A stretch of DNA of 62,555 bases, counting the filler, from Diploschistes diacapsis (taxonomy: Eukaryota), in NCBI GenBank assembly GCA_023645945.1. It is 16 parts of 16 records of this genome, joined end to end, with 100 filler letters (N's around TTAATTAATTAA, not from the genome) between each part and the next. Parts side by side here need not be neighbours in the genome. Positions count along the whole stretch, not along the records: positions 1 to 2,427 come from JALAIB010002218.1; positions 2,528 to 4,949 come from JALAIB010002219.1; positions 5,050 to 30,122 come from JALAIB010000222.1; 13 more parts are not named here. One strand, 5' to 3'. Of the stretch, positions 1 through 11,383 are shown piece after piece. Every line of letters starts with the position of its first letter. Position 1 is the first letter of the stretch. Under the pieces are notes generated by a model. The model searched no databases and had not been told where the DNA came from. It saw only the letters and a program-made list of their open reading frames with translations. A program made the translations under genes and the position numbers.

Positions 1-99
1 AATAACGATTATATCCAATTAATAATTACGGACGGAATATAATATCCCGTTATTTTTAATTTAAGAAAAATGATTCCCGCCGAAAGAAATTATAAAACC
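1..99 (+). mobile_element. Ty3/gypsy RNase H fragment (RIP-mutated)
   Basis: Translates to ...RKMIPAERNY, the gypsy RNase H motif. It stops abruptly at a TGTTG LTR start at 100. Confidence 0.7.
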
Positions 100-514
100 T
101 GTTGAGCAGACAGGCAGAAGGTATGACTGGGAGTTCGACTGAGTTCTAGAAGAAGGTTCAGTTTAGCTGAACATCCTGGAATTCCAACTAGATCGATTAA
201 GGAATAGTGTAGGTAATAGGGTTTAGCGTATCCTATGAGGATAAAAGTTTATAAAGTAAAATAATTTTTTAAATAAGATCTTTAGACTTCAATATATCTA
301 TTACGTTGTTAAATAGGTTATAAGCTCGGGTTAGCTTACTTAAACTACTTTATATCATTAATATATTGAAGATAAGTTTTCCCGGCCGCTGGAACGGTTA
401 CGAATACGGGACCGAGTACGCTGGTTAAGGGTAGGTCTAAATCGAAGAGATCCGAAAGCTCAGGATTTAAATTATAAGATTTTAGGATGAGCAGATTCGA
501 AAGTAGAAAGTATA
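100..514 (+). mobile_element. Ty1/copia LTR, 5' part, interrupted by a DNA transposon
   Basis: Starts TGTTGAGCAGACAGGCAGAAGG. Homologous to 1377-1780 and to the reverse complement ending at 37130. Confidence 0.8.
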
Positions 515-894
515 ACGTGTTTCACGGGGATTCCGGCTACCTCCAGATTCCGGCCACCTCAAATCACTACCGCTAACATTCTTCGGTTTTTAAATATAAT
601 CTATTCGTCGCAATTAGAATCTAATCAATCTAAATCGAATCTATTTTCTTTTTTTTTATTTTCCTCGATTTCAAAAACGCGACGAGGTTTTTTACGCGTT
701 ATAAATCGTTTCGAAATTTTCGACTCGATTTAACCCGAGTTGTTATTTTAAGAACTTCGTTTATACTAAACATAAAATGACCTTTTAATTCGATTCGTTT
801 ATTTAATTTACGTTTTTTACGATTATTAAGAAACGTTTTTTACTTTTAATTTTCTTTACGAAACTTTATGAACTTAATATACGTCGATTCAAAC
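515..894 (+). mobile_element. Fot1/pogo-like DNA transposon end (RIP-mutated)
   Basis: TA followed by ACGTGTTTCACGGGG and an internal direct repeat ATTCCGGC(T/C)ACCTC x2, the architecture of fungal Fot1/pogo TIRs. Similar ends occur at 37515 and 59779. Confidence 0.6.
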
Positions 895-1376
895 TAGGCT
901 GGCCGTTTCGTGCCACGGACACTGACACGGACACCGCAGTAAAAAATTTTAAAACACGGACACTAACACGGACACCGTAGTCAAAATTTTTAAACACGGA
1001 TATTAATACGGATATTATATTTCCGTGAATTCACGAACACGGACATCGCAATTAAAAAATTTAAAAGCCGGATATTAATACGGACATTATATTTCCGTAA
1101 ATTTACGGACACGGACACCGTAATTGATAAATTTAAAAAACGGATATTAACACGGATATTATATTTCCGTAAATTTATTGACACGGATACTATATTATAA
1201 TAAAAACACAGAAATACTTTTTTTTAATAATATTTTTAAAATTATTACGTTTATTTTTTACGCTTTTGTTTTTAAAATATTTTTTTTAATACGGACGCGG
1301 ATATTATATTACGGTGAATATACGGACACGGATATCGTAATTAAAATTTTTAAAACACGGATACTAATACGGATAT
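895..1376 (-). mobile_element. hAT-type MITE, truncated by a copia insertion
   Basis: Begins TAGGCTGGCCGTTTCGTGCCACGG, the reverse complement of the right end of the complete copy at 43812-44362. Contains internal ACACGGACAC repeats. Confidence 0.8.
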
Positions 1377-2427
1377 TGTTGAGCAGACAGGCAGAAGGCA
1401 TGGCTGGGAGTCTAACTAAGTTCCAGAGGAAGGTTCAGTTCAGCTAAACCTCTTAAAATCCCAATTAGACCGATTTAAGAATAATGTAGGTAATAGGGCT
1501 TAGCGTATCCTATAAAGATAAAAGTCTATAAAGTAAAATAACCTCCTAAATAGACCTCTAAACTTCAATATATCCATTACGTTGCCAAACAGGTTATAAG
1601 CTGGGGTTAATACCTACTTTACTACGCTTAATCGTTTATTAAAACTACGTTTCCCGGTAGTTATTACGGTTATAAACGCGGGTACCGATTACGCTACCTA
1701 ACGTAAATTAAATCGAAGAGATTTAAAAGCCTAAGATCTAAATCATAAAACCCTAAAATAAACTAATTCAAAGATAGAAGTTATATTACTTTAAAAGAAC
1801 GCGGGACCTTAATACGCTGGCCTAGGATAAACCTAAATAAGAAATAATTAGATTCAGATATTATCTGTATAGACCAACGAAAAACAACCTTTTTCTCTTT
1901 CTCGCCAATATCGAAATTTAGCTGAACTACGCTGAACCTTTCGATTACCTTTACTTCTATTACAAAAAATTACCTTCTATATTATTCATTAATCATTTAC
2001 TAATTACGAGTTATTCATTTAATAAATCTTCTTTATTTACGAAAAATAATAATAAGATGGACGACATCTTATTTAAAAAACGGGTTGCTCCCATCCTAAA
2101 AAAAAAAAATTAATAATAATGGTTCGAACTTATACGTTTATATCTTGAAAATAAAGAGGTGAATTACGTTCTTAATAAAATAGTCATTATCGTTTACTAT
2201 AGTTACTTTAGATAATTCTATATTATCTATCTTTACCGATTTAGGTTCAGTTTTGGATAAAATATCTAAACAATAGAAGAAAGATCAATTTAAAGCAAAC
2301 TACCAAATTATAATCTGTATAGAAGAGATCGATTAAGAACGTTTTCGTAATTTATTTATTACGAAAGCTAAATAAGATTCTCTATAAACAAAATACCAGG
2401 CGATTACTGAACCTGAACGTCATTAGC
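1377..2427 (+). mobile_element. Ty1/copia retrotransposon: 5' LTR (about 1377-2024) and start of gag (ATG 2057), RIP-mutated
   Basis: The LTR runs TGTTG...TTAATA (RIP form of TCAACA). The gag reads MDDILFKKRVAPILKK..WFELIRLYLENKEVNYVL, a copia gag N-terminal pattern, with RIP-type stops. Confidence 0.75.
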
Positions 2428-2527
2428 NNNNNNNNNNNNNNNNNNNNNNNNNNNNNNNNNNNNNNNNNNNNTTAATTAATTAANNNNNNNNNNNNNNNNN
2501 NNNNNNNNNNNNNNNNNNNNNNNNNNN
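2428..2527. other. Artificial contig spacer N44-TTAATTAATTAA-N44. Also starts at 4950, 30123, 32632, 35141, 37647, 40149, 42649, 45146, 47640, 50133, 52621, 55107, 57593 and 60077.
   Basis: Identical 100-nt block with a six-frame stop linker, present 15 times. Confidence 0.99.
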
Positions 2528-3668
2528 ATTCTTGACCGATGTTGTAAAATAGGAATTTATTATATATTAATGATACCTAAGAGAACGGGATAGTTAATCC
2601 AAACTAGGCTGATGACGGGTGATATATCATAATAATATTTAATAAATCATACGACAATATCCGCTTTATTGTTTATTGTACGTTGCCTTACGTCCTAATT
2701 ATAAACTATAGCTAATAAGTTATTTCTATTATATAAAGATTTAATTTCCAAGAGATAAACTGGTTTTCGTTATATTGATATTAACTTACGTAGGTATGTT
2801 AAGAGTGATACGGGTCGTAATATAATTTAAAGAGTTATTAATTTTAATAATAAAGCCAAAGACGATTATATTAAATTATTTTTAAAAATATATAAAAAGG
2901 TTCGAGAGTAATAAAAGATATTGTAGTCTCGATAAAAGGACGGATTGGTATTAAAAGACGGATCAGTACATACAGTCGATAAAAAGATATGGACCCCGCA
3001 TAATAAAGAACAAAATGATTTAAAGTTCATAACACAACCCTGCTTAAAAAAAACGTGCGTATATTAAGGCTTAAACTACCTCACGGGGCCATATCTACTA
3101 AACATATCCGCAGAACAATATTATTATAATACATAAAAATACAAACGGATTACTAAACCTTAAACATTATCGATACCGATATATAAAAGCAGTTATCTAT
3201 TATACATAAAGATTTTATATTTGGATTCTCGTCGCTATCCGAACTTCATAACATACGTAAATACGTACCGTATTTCTTTAAAACAGTAATTTAGGTTATC
3301 GGGTTTAAAACAATCTCGAACGCGCTAATAAAGAAAAAAAAATAAACGGATTTTTTAGTTATATAAGAATAAATATAGATTTTTCGGTTAAAAAATAAAA
3401 TATTTACTTCCGAGAATAGATCGAGAGGGCAACCTTGGCGCTAAAATAACATTTTTTTACCGTTAAATCAGTCGAACACGAGCTATATAATCTTATTAAA
3501 AAGAGCTTCTTTAAGACACTAAAAAGAGAAGGAGTGGCCTACTAAGAAATAGGGAGGTTTACGCCTCCTCCTGACGAAAAGGAAGAAAGGGACGAGGAAA
3601 AGAAGGACGAGGAAAAAGAAAACGATCTTAACCTCAACCTAGAGAAGATGGAGTCCAGGACGGATTAA
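2528..3668 (+). pseudogene. RIP-mutated PhyH-like 2OG-Fe(II) dioxygenase
   Basis: Reversing RIP changes by hand gives FR(H)IDIN at about 2765-2785, then IQ..I.FD(D)E..DD(C), QPC..NVR....LPHGA (PHG at 3079-3087) and RRT.L.W, with an acidic C-terminal tail. This is an HxD...H...R arrangement. Confidence 0.55.
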
Positions 3669-4604
3669 AAAAACGGGAAGGAGTGAATAACATGATTAGA
3701 GAAATAGGGTATAAGAGAGCATGTTTAAAAATAAGGTCACTTCGGGGACAGGATATTAAGAATAAACGTTAATATCATAAGACCCTAAAGGCTTATAATA
3801 GGGAACAGTCTACGTGTTTATATAACTATTCGATTATTTACTAATTTCATAACAAGCTTATTTTCCTATCTACTTATTTAATACTCCTTTGCTTACAAAT
3901 TTTTTTATATGATTAACTTTCCTACTTAATAATTTCTTGCTTACTTATTATTTATGTATTAATCTGCTCAACTGCTGTTCTACTTACTTACTTGCTGTTA
4001 CCTACTCGAGAGATATAACGAAGAAGAAAATAAAAGAGAAGAAATGAAAAGACGTACTACCGGTTATAATTATCTAAAAAAATATTTATAAATAATATAA
4101 ATATTATAAAAATTAGGAATGTTTTTAATTAATTACCGCCCTTCTATCTGGCTGTTTTTAAAGGAATAAAATATTATAAAAGTAAATCTAGAAACGCGGT
4201 TATATCGGGATAAAAACCTTAAAGATAATAAGCTTTTAAAGATTTAGATTGTCGGAAAGGTACAAAATTATATTAAGATATAAGAATAATAGGCTTGCGA
4301 TTTTCTGTTGTTAAGGCTAATATAAAGTTCGTTATAGGACAGCGAAATATTAAAAGAAGAGTCGTATATAAACATAAAAGTAAGCAATAAACTTAATAGG
4401 GGTAGTCCCCTTAAGGCAGCTCCATTTAAGGAGGCCTGCTAAGTAACCCTAAACAATTCATGCATCCTACACTTCACCAATTCCCTACCTAGCTATGCTC
4501 TTGACCACGAGAACACACTACACTCCTTTACTACATCACCTACGACCACCTACCTACTACAGCAAGGGAAGTCCCCCTAGACAGCGCGCCTTGTGTTTAT
4601 ACTA
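2528..4604 (+). mobile_element. Unclassified mobile element carrying a dioxygenase-like gene, copy 1 (one terminus at 4604)
   Basis: About 3165-4604 is homologous to the reverse complement of 46174-47639. The shared terminus ...CAGCGCGCCTTGTGTTTATACTA abuts different retroelements in the two copies. Confidence 0.75.
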
Positions 4605-4949
4605 TAATTAATATTAAAAATGAGCTCTACTTCTTGTTTATTTAAGATATTAATCCACCGCATAACTAAAAGATATGTCCATACGTAAACTTTCGATCTA
4701 ACTTGTTTCTCTTATAATCTACATCGGAATATCTCCGTAATTTCGAAAATTCAGGTTTAGTATTAAATTAAACCTTAATATCTTTTGTCTTTCGAATATA
4801 GCAGAATAATCCCTTTAAAGCATATAAATAATAGATATATAAATTAATCATATATTAACTTAATTTTTTAATAATAAATGCGATATCTGATCTAGTATAA
4901 ACCGTTAAATATATAATATTACTAATCATATCTTAGTATTATATCTTGT
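4605..4949 (-). mobile_element. Ty1/copia RT/RNase H fragment (RIP-mutated)
   Basis: The minus strand reads TRSDIAF..KLS, YSDVDY..NKLDRKFTYGHIF, matching the copia TRPDI and YSDAD...DRKST motifs. Confidence 0.8.
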
Positions 4950-5742
4950 NNNNNNNNNNNNNNNNNNNNNNNNNNNNNNNNNNNNNNNNNNNNTTAATTA
5001 ATTAANNNNNNNNNNNNNNNNNNNNNNNNNNNNNNNNNNNNNNNNNNNNCCCCTCTCCTTCCCTGCTTGGACGTCAAGCAAAAGAACTTTCTGTCGCGTG
5101 GCAGTAGAGGCAGGGTTTCTTGTTGCTGAAGTGTTACCACGGGGGAGGCGATCCTGCTGGCACTTTTCTTGTCGCATGCGTCGCTCGAGAGTTGCCGGTG
5201 TAGTTGGTCGAAGGGCCAGTATGCTGAAGGTTTGGATTATGAGTAACATAGGGGTTTTTGTTTTATGCTGGATCTCTGCAGGACCCGTGTGCGGGGATTC
5301 TGGGCTCGTTTGAGTTCAAGCGGGGGTTGAAACGGGGTTGTTTGATGATGATGATTATCAGGGTCTTCGGCTAAATGTAGCCAGACGTTGGATGGAGTTC
5401 TGCTTGACACGACCACCACCTCAAGTATCTGGGTGAGATGGGTAGTTTCCCACTTCACATTTTTCTTGTGGGAACGAGAAACTATTTATATGGGATTGCC
5501 CCCCGTTTTCGTGCATGCTATTCACGTAGATTCCATGAAGCTTTCAACACATGGGCTGAGAATCTTTCCCTCAGACCCCCCTAGATAACAAGAGTAATAG
5601 GCTCATCGTTCGGGACCCTTCAAACTAACCGGCAGGTCATGCAAGCAGACTGGAAAATACAGAAACCGGTAGCCCCCTTCAACGTCGGAATGGTAAGACC
5701 TTGCCTGAAGATTGCTTGGTGTTGTAATGCCTCAACAATTCA

Positions 5743-6294
5743 CTACTCTCTCCGATCCAAAAGCCATTTCCGGCGGAAGCGTGACGCACCGGGCCCCCTC
5801 AGGTCTGTCCGTCCACCTACGGTTCCGCCATCCCACAGCCCCCCAAAGCTTTTATTAGGGTAGGATGTTTCCCGGCGCAGTGATGCGATATGGCATTCCA
5901 CACTACCTTGTCCTTGCCCGACATGGTAAACTTTTGCAAAGTAGAAAGAACGTAAGGGCAAGATGATAGTTGGGCCCCAGCTTTTAGCAGGCTGCACGTT
6001 TGACTTGGCACCCATCTGGAACGCCCGAAGAATTGGACGGGTCGGCGCTTGGTAGCAGGGGAATGATCGATATCGATGCTGGAGCTTGATGGTTTCGGGC
6101 AAGGAGTGGGCCAGTTCGAAGCCGCTGCTGATATTGAGTTGGGTGTTGATAGCGTTAGGGGAAAAAGGGTCGAATCAAAACCTGACGTCCGTACGGGACG
6201 GAAGATCGGAGACGTTGGGTTGTTGGACTTCAGCTATAGTGATCAGATAGGGTCTTTTGGCTGTTAGGGGAAAGGGGTTACTAACATTGGGCAT
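5743..6294 (-). pseudogene. Frameshifted member of the small-protein array family
   Basis: Reads RPVQFFG...SLLKAG and, after a frameshift, GPNYHL. ATG at 6294 followed by a probable short intron. Confidence 0.4.
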
Positions 6295-6642
6295 TATGTG
6301 TTTTGATTTGTTGACGAGACATTGTCATTTTGGAAGCGGGAAAGATGATGGTGGAAAAGAGATATGATGAGTGTTATCAATAAGTAAGAATCGAGAAATC
6401 TCTAGCATTTTGGATATTTTTTTATATGTGTACATAGTCATTTTCATTCTTTAAAAGTACCCCTAACCGCATCCCTGAGTGTCACCCTCTTATACACACT
6501 AATATGTACTGCGATAACCACGCCTATCTTTCAAAAGACCATATGAAGTAACAAGCTCGTAGTATTCATGTCTCTCTGACCTAACTTCAATGTGACCCTG
6601 TTTTTGAGCGCGAGTCCAACGGTCGAGATGACTGCCCTTTAG

Positions 6643-7053
6643 TCAGTCCAGTTTTACCATCCCCGTGGACCAATCCAGGCACCCAACCCTTACAACCATT
6701 CCTCTCAACAAAAAGGCGCCCCTCTCCATGTTTTTTAGAAGTCCTTCCAAAGCTTTCGGCTCCTCGATTCTGAGGAAGGTAAAACTGAATTTGGAAAGCC
6801 AGTAATAACATCCACCAGCTTTCAAGAGGATTGCTTCTTGCCAATTATCTTTAAACGCACAGAGATATTCAATTGGTCTACCGTCGAGAGACTTGGGAAG
6901 ATAATAATCTTCGAGACAATTGTGAGTAACCATGGAGTAGGGTTGAATAGCTTGGATAGGCCTGTTTCTGACTTTTCTGTTGAAGTATTTGTGAGGCTGC
7001 ATACGATGAGTCTTCCGCTGAGTGATCATTGAAATCTGGGAGTATCCCACCAT
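6643..7053 (-). CDS. Small hypothetical protein, array family (M|PHKYF...LDGRPIEYL...LLKAGGCYYW...RIEEPKALEGLL)
   Basis: ATG is followed directly by a probable GT..AG intron at 6997-7050. Exon 2 is open and shares motifs with neighbouring genes. Confidence 0.65.
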   Translation of the reverse strand: MVGYSQISMITQRKTHRMQPHKYFNRKVRNRPIQAIQPYSMVTHNCLEDYYLPKSLDGRPIEYLCAFKDNWQEAILLKAGGCYYWLSKFSFTFLRIEEPKALEGLLKNMERGAFLLRGMVVRVGCLDWSTGMVKLD

Positions 7054-7272
7054 GGCCTCAGTCCGTAGAAAGTAGATAGTATAAGGTGGTTATGATGATA
7101 ATGGTATGTCGATGAGTTCAGTTTAAGAAGTAGACAAAGTGACTTGACTGTGCTTTGCGAGTCAGATACAACATTGAATCCTTTTCCAGCACACTAGAAG
7201 ACCCGTCAATATTGAGATCCAATGGCGTCTCGATTTACGCTCACTCAACACCGAGAGAAGTTTTATACCATA

Positions 7273-7725
7273 TCAGTTATCCTGGCCGGTTTCACGAAAG
7301 ACCATTCTCCTCTTTTTCCATGTGACCATGCCTATTCTTTTCATCTCCATACTTTCCGTACTCTTTTCTGCCTTCATTGCCTCCCAAATATGCTCCATTA
7401 GTGTCGATTTCCCGATACCGTAAATGCAATAGTAGAAGAAATCCCCTGCTTGTAAATGAAGATAGTAATAATTCATACCAGCTCCAAGGAAAATTTGTGC
7501 GTTCCGACATCCATATCCGCCAATGTACTCAACAGGCTCGCCAGAGATTGTTTTTGGTGGATTCCAATCCAGGAATAAACGAACGTTTGCGTGCGGAGGT
7601 CGAGTAAGATGCCCTTCAACCTCAATAAACGGGTTTCTGTGTCTCCGGTTTCCGCGAAGGACTTGGACGGCTTAATTGCGTGAGCATAGCCTCAATGTCT
7701 CATGGATGAACGAACCACTTGCCAT
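7273..7725 (-). pseudogene. Frameshifted array-family member (M|PSK...PKTISGEPVEYIG...FLGAGMNYYY)
   Basis: ATG then a GCAAGT donor, with acceptor before CCGTCCAAG. The conserved motifs lie in a different frame from the exon start. Confidence 0.55.
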
Positions 7726-8325
7726 GACGACTTTTCTAATCTTTCGTGAGAATAGGGTGAGGGATGACTCTTCGATTTGGTGCGAGACTTAATGTGTGAT
7801 GGTTGTTTTGACCTTTAGTGAGGATGAGGTGTAGTTGATGCACATTGAGTGATCACGCAAGTGGCCACACGTATATTTTCTTAAGTGGTTTATCGTTGTA
7901 TGAGGTAAACACAAGAACCCAGTGGAAACTTCGGAAAACTTGAAGATGAAACAAAATCTATGATGGTCTACTGCAAACCTTGGACCTAACCAGAAGTTTC
8001 CCGCTTGAAATCGCAGGCAATAAAATAGTGGCTGCTGCCGTACACCGTCATCTCAACTCGTTCTCTGTAGGTTGTAAAAGTAGGCAGTTCATGAAACTCG
8101 TATGAGAAGTCAGTTGTCGGTTACAACTGTGGTATTTGCATTTAGTAAAGTGTTTTGTAAGTTAATGTGAGCGCCTGCCTACCGATTATGGCTCAGGCGG
8201 CAGCTTTTCCGACACCACCGTATCCAACGTTGATCGATATTCAGTATGAAGAGCAGCACTCAGGTTCAATACCCAAATTCTCCCATCCTATACGTTCAAT
8301 CAGCCTGACCTGAGCCAAGAAGGTG

Positions 8326-8789
8326 TCACAAAGAGTACATCCACTTCCGTTGCACCATATCCCACCTCCCTATTCCAGCTATGCTAATCGCTTCCCTTGG
8401 TATCTCTCCTTTCAGAACGGAGAGGATTGCTTCGAGCCCTCTAGGCTCATCCACTCGAAGAACCAGATCAAGACTCCGGACACCCTTGCCTGGGTCTTCC
8501 ATTAGGTAGTAATATCGACCGGCTCTCATTAGCACCTTGTCCAAATGCGGTGCGCCCCCTACAACCTTCACAAAAAACGCCAGCTGCTCGGCCGGCCTGC
8601 CTTCGATGACATCTGGATAGCGTGGATCAGCGAACGCGAAGGGCAAATATCCGCGACCAACGCTCCATTCTCCCTCAATGGCTGGAATGCTGGTGACTCG
8701 TGTAGTTCTCTTAAATAGGTATTTTCCAGGCTTTATGGGAAAGGTTAGCTTGATGATTAGGGGCATCATGGACGCGACATGCTTACCAT
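8326..8789 (-). CDS. Small hypothetical protein, array family, 135 aa (M|PGKYLF...IEGRPAEQL...LMRAGRYYY...RVDEPRGLEAIL)
   Basis: ATG|GTAAGC intron at 8731-8786 with a GCTAAC branch point. Exon 2 (8326-8730) is open. Confidence 0.75.
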
Positions 8790-9389
8790 TATCTCTCTGA
8801 TCGCAGACCAAGTTGGTAGTAGAGTGGTAGGTTCAACGTTTGGGACAGTTGCGAGAAGTAATGCCGGTAGGTTTTCTTATAAGGAAATCGCAGAGGCAGA
8901 ACGGTGTTCATGTGTTTTCTGACATGAGCGGTTAGAGGGCTAAGACTCAGACTCCTGGCTGGCCTTTTCAAACATCTCTTTTAGGCTTATATGCTAAGCT
9001 AACACTCTCCAATTCTTCAACTCCTCAACCGAAAACGGAAATATAATCATACTTACTCTTTCTTGTAAACAAAAGGCGCAACTATGGCACATGCTACTGT
9101 TAAACCACCTACGCATGTATAGTTATGGCACTCTCCCAGTCCATCGTATCCAATTCATCGGCCCTTTCTAGTATCCTATAAGCACAGGATACCCCTGAAC
9201 GCACCATGCAGCTCGGTCATCCCCTGGCAAATTCTCTGTATCCCAACCATCATTCTCGTTGCTCCTCACTGAGTACTGTAAAAAGCTGATTTTATGCATT
9301 ATCCATCCCGTATACTGTTCATCCAATCCCTGCCGCCACCGCAATTCCCAGAGTACTAGCTCAGATCTGCCCCTCTCGCTCTTCACAGC

Positions 9390-9736
9390 CTAGGTCTCCC
9401 TGCGGAATAAAGCGGCCACGATCTCTGCAAGCCCCTTGCATCTGTGGATCCCGATAACTTGCTGCTGAAGTTCGAAATACACATAGTAGCTGGGGCCAGC
9501 TCTCAGTAATCGTGACGGCAGGCCGCGCAGAATCAGCCCTAGAACCTCGACCGGCCAGCCTTCAATCGTCTGCGGATGATCTGCCATGATGCTAAAGGCA
9601 GGTATGGAAAGAATCGAATCATCGTCGAAGGCTGGAATGGCATCGACGAGTCTGTTCTTCCTGGACAGATATTTGGACGGCTGGAAAGGCTCCGTCAGCA
9701 ATCAGATATACCACTGCAGTAAAGAGCGCTTGCCAT
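9390..9736 (-). CDS. Small hypothetical protein, array family (M|PSKYL...IEGWPVEVLG...LLRAGPSYYV), possibly ending at a premature stop
   Basis: ATG|GCAACG intron at 9681-9733 (GC donor, GCTGAC branch point). The frame stays open past the TAG down to 9168. Confidence 0.6.
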
Positions 9737-10559
9737 GGTGCTTGGATCTTCACGGTCGGAGAAGACTGCTGGTTCGAGAGCTTGATCTAGAGGGAGTTTC
9801 AGAATGCGGGAGAGGTATGAGGTCTAAGATAAGTAGTCATGGCGTATTTGTTGGTAGATGGGCTCAGCTAGGAACTCGGTTCCAAACCCACGACTCTTCC
9901 GCTTACCATGATAAGGTTTGTCTGTTATTTGCTGGGTTTCTGTTCATTTACCTCTCAATTAGGGCTGGGCAATAGGCTGTGTCGTTGTTAAAGTGTTTTC
10001 CGAGTTCTCGAGGGAAGTGTGCGGCTGTAAGCCGAACATCCTCGGACCAAGAGCCACTGGGCTTCTTCTCGTCGGTCTTCCTCCCATTACTCTCAGCGAT
10101 GAGATTACTTCATAGAAGTGAGGGACGACCTCCGCATGTGTAACAACAGAAAAGGTGTATCAAGGACCTAAGCGCACGCTGGGTTAAAACAACGCAAGCA
10201 GATCTTGGTCAAACCACCAGCAAGATATAAGGAATCTACAGGGTCTGTGCAGTATGTAGTACTCCCCATCTCGACGATGAGGTAAAGCGCAATATCACGA
10301 TGATAAAGATATAATTTTGCCGATCTGATGCATTCCGACTATTTAGACTAGACGTACACTCTTGCTCTTTCAGAGTCACTTGAATCGAAATTGGCATGGA
10401 CTCCTGGAATTATGCAAATGAACAAGTTTCATACCTGATGGGAGGTACCATATCCATCAATACCAGACTAGCACGTTGAGCACACAGTCGGTTTTCTAGC
10501 TCTCCATACTCGCCATACTAGGTAGGGAAGTTTGAAGCATTCCAAATCCCGTTTGCACC

Positions 10560-11050
10560 TCAAGCAATGATTTCCCCATTGATGCCCTCCACCATTTCAG
10601 CATCTCCAACCCAGTTTCCCAAGTACTTTCTCTCGATCTTGCTATTGTCGAGAACCAGACAACAAGATGTGGAACTGGCATTATTGGTGAGTGCGAAAGG
10701 ATTTGAAAACTCTTCCTCGTCTAGAATCTCAAATATGCCTTGGAGGGCCATAGGCTTAACAATTTGGGAGACCGTACCAAATTGATCAAAGAAATATAGA
10801 TTAGATCCCGCTTTTAACAGATTCTCACTGTCATACCAACCCGCACTGAGTATATGTAGTTCGATGCTGCCTAGAAATTCCACTGGGGCACCGTCGAGAA
10901 CAGAAGGGTACCCAAACCATGCGCCGAGGGCTGAGAGACAGTGCTCAATGATTGGAACCTTGCGCATTTTCCATTGTGGGTTGCGGAATTTGCGTTTGGG
11001 AGACTGGAAGAATTAAATTGGATATCTCATATTAGGAGGCCACTTACCAT
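10560..11050 (-). CDS. Small hypothetical protein, array family, 148 aa (M|SPKRKF...LDGAPVEFLG...LLKAGSNLYFF...IVKPMALQGIF)
   Basis: ATG|GTAAGT intron at 11004-11047. Exon 2 is in frame with ORF 10560-10967. Confidence 0.7.
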
Positions 11051-11383
11051 CTGAATGGAGAGTTGGAGTGGCGAATATAGGGCACCGGAGCAATCTTGAC
11101 CAAAAGACTTGTGCTTGAAGAAGGAACGCTGGTTTCCAGAAACGGCCGGAATAAATATACAGATGCTATTATAAACACAATTTCGGCTCAGTGTAGGGTT
11201 CTCGTGTACATGAGCTAGATGGTTGGCTTCAGGAATACCGCATAGTTCTGAAACGAAAAAGGTTGAATTGAATCCAAGCCATCTTACAAAGTGCCCCTGA
11301 CTATATGTATACGGTGGCATGGAATCATAATTCCATAGTGCAAGTAGAAGAACGGAACTGGGCACTACTATACAGGTTCGCTT

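Noticed and set aside
895..1376. CRISPR-like or minisatellite appearance, and ORFs 990-1184 and 1178-1447
   Set aside because: These are internal repeats of the hAT MITE. There are no unique spacers, the context is eukaryotic, and the ORFs are translations of the repeat.
2428..2527. Periodic TTAATTAATTAA palindrome roughly every 2.5 kb
   Set aside because: Artificial spacer. The periodicity reflects contigs ordered by decreasing size (2422 to 2384 bp), so genes on different contigs are not real neighbours.
4560..4606. Helitron 3' end (hairpin plus CTRR) for the dioxygenase element
   Set aside because: The two copies read CTAT and CTAA at the junction and the hairpin is weak, so this is not consistent.
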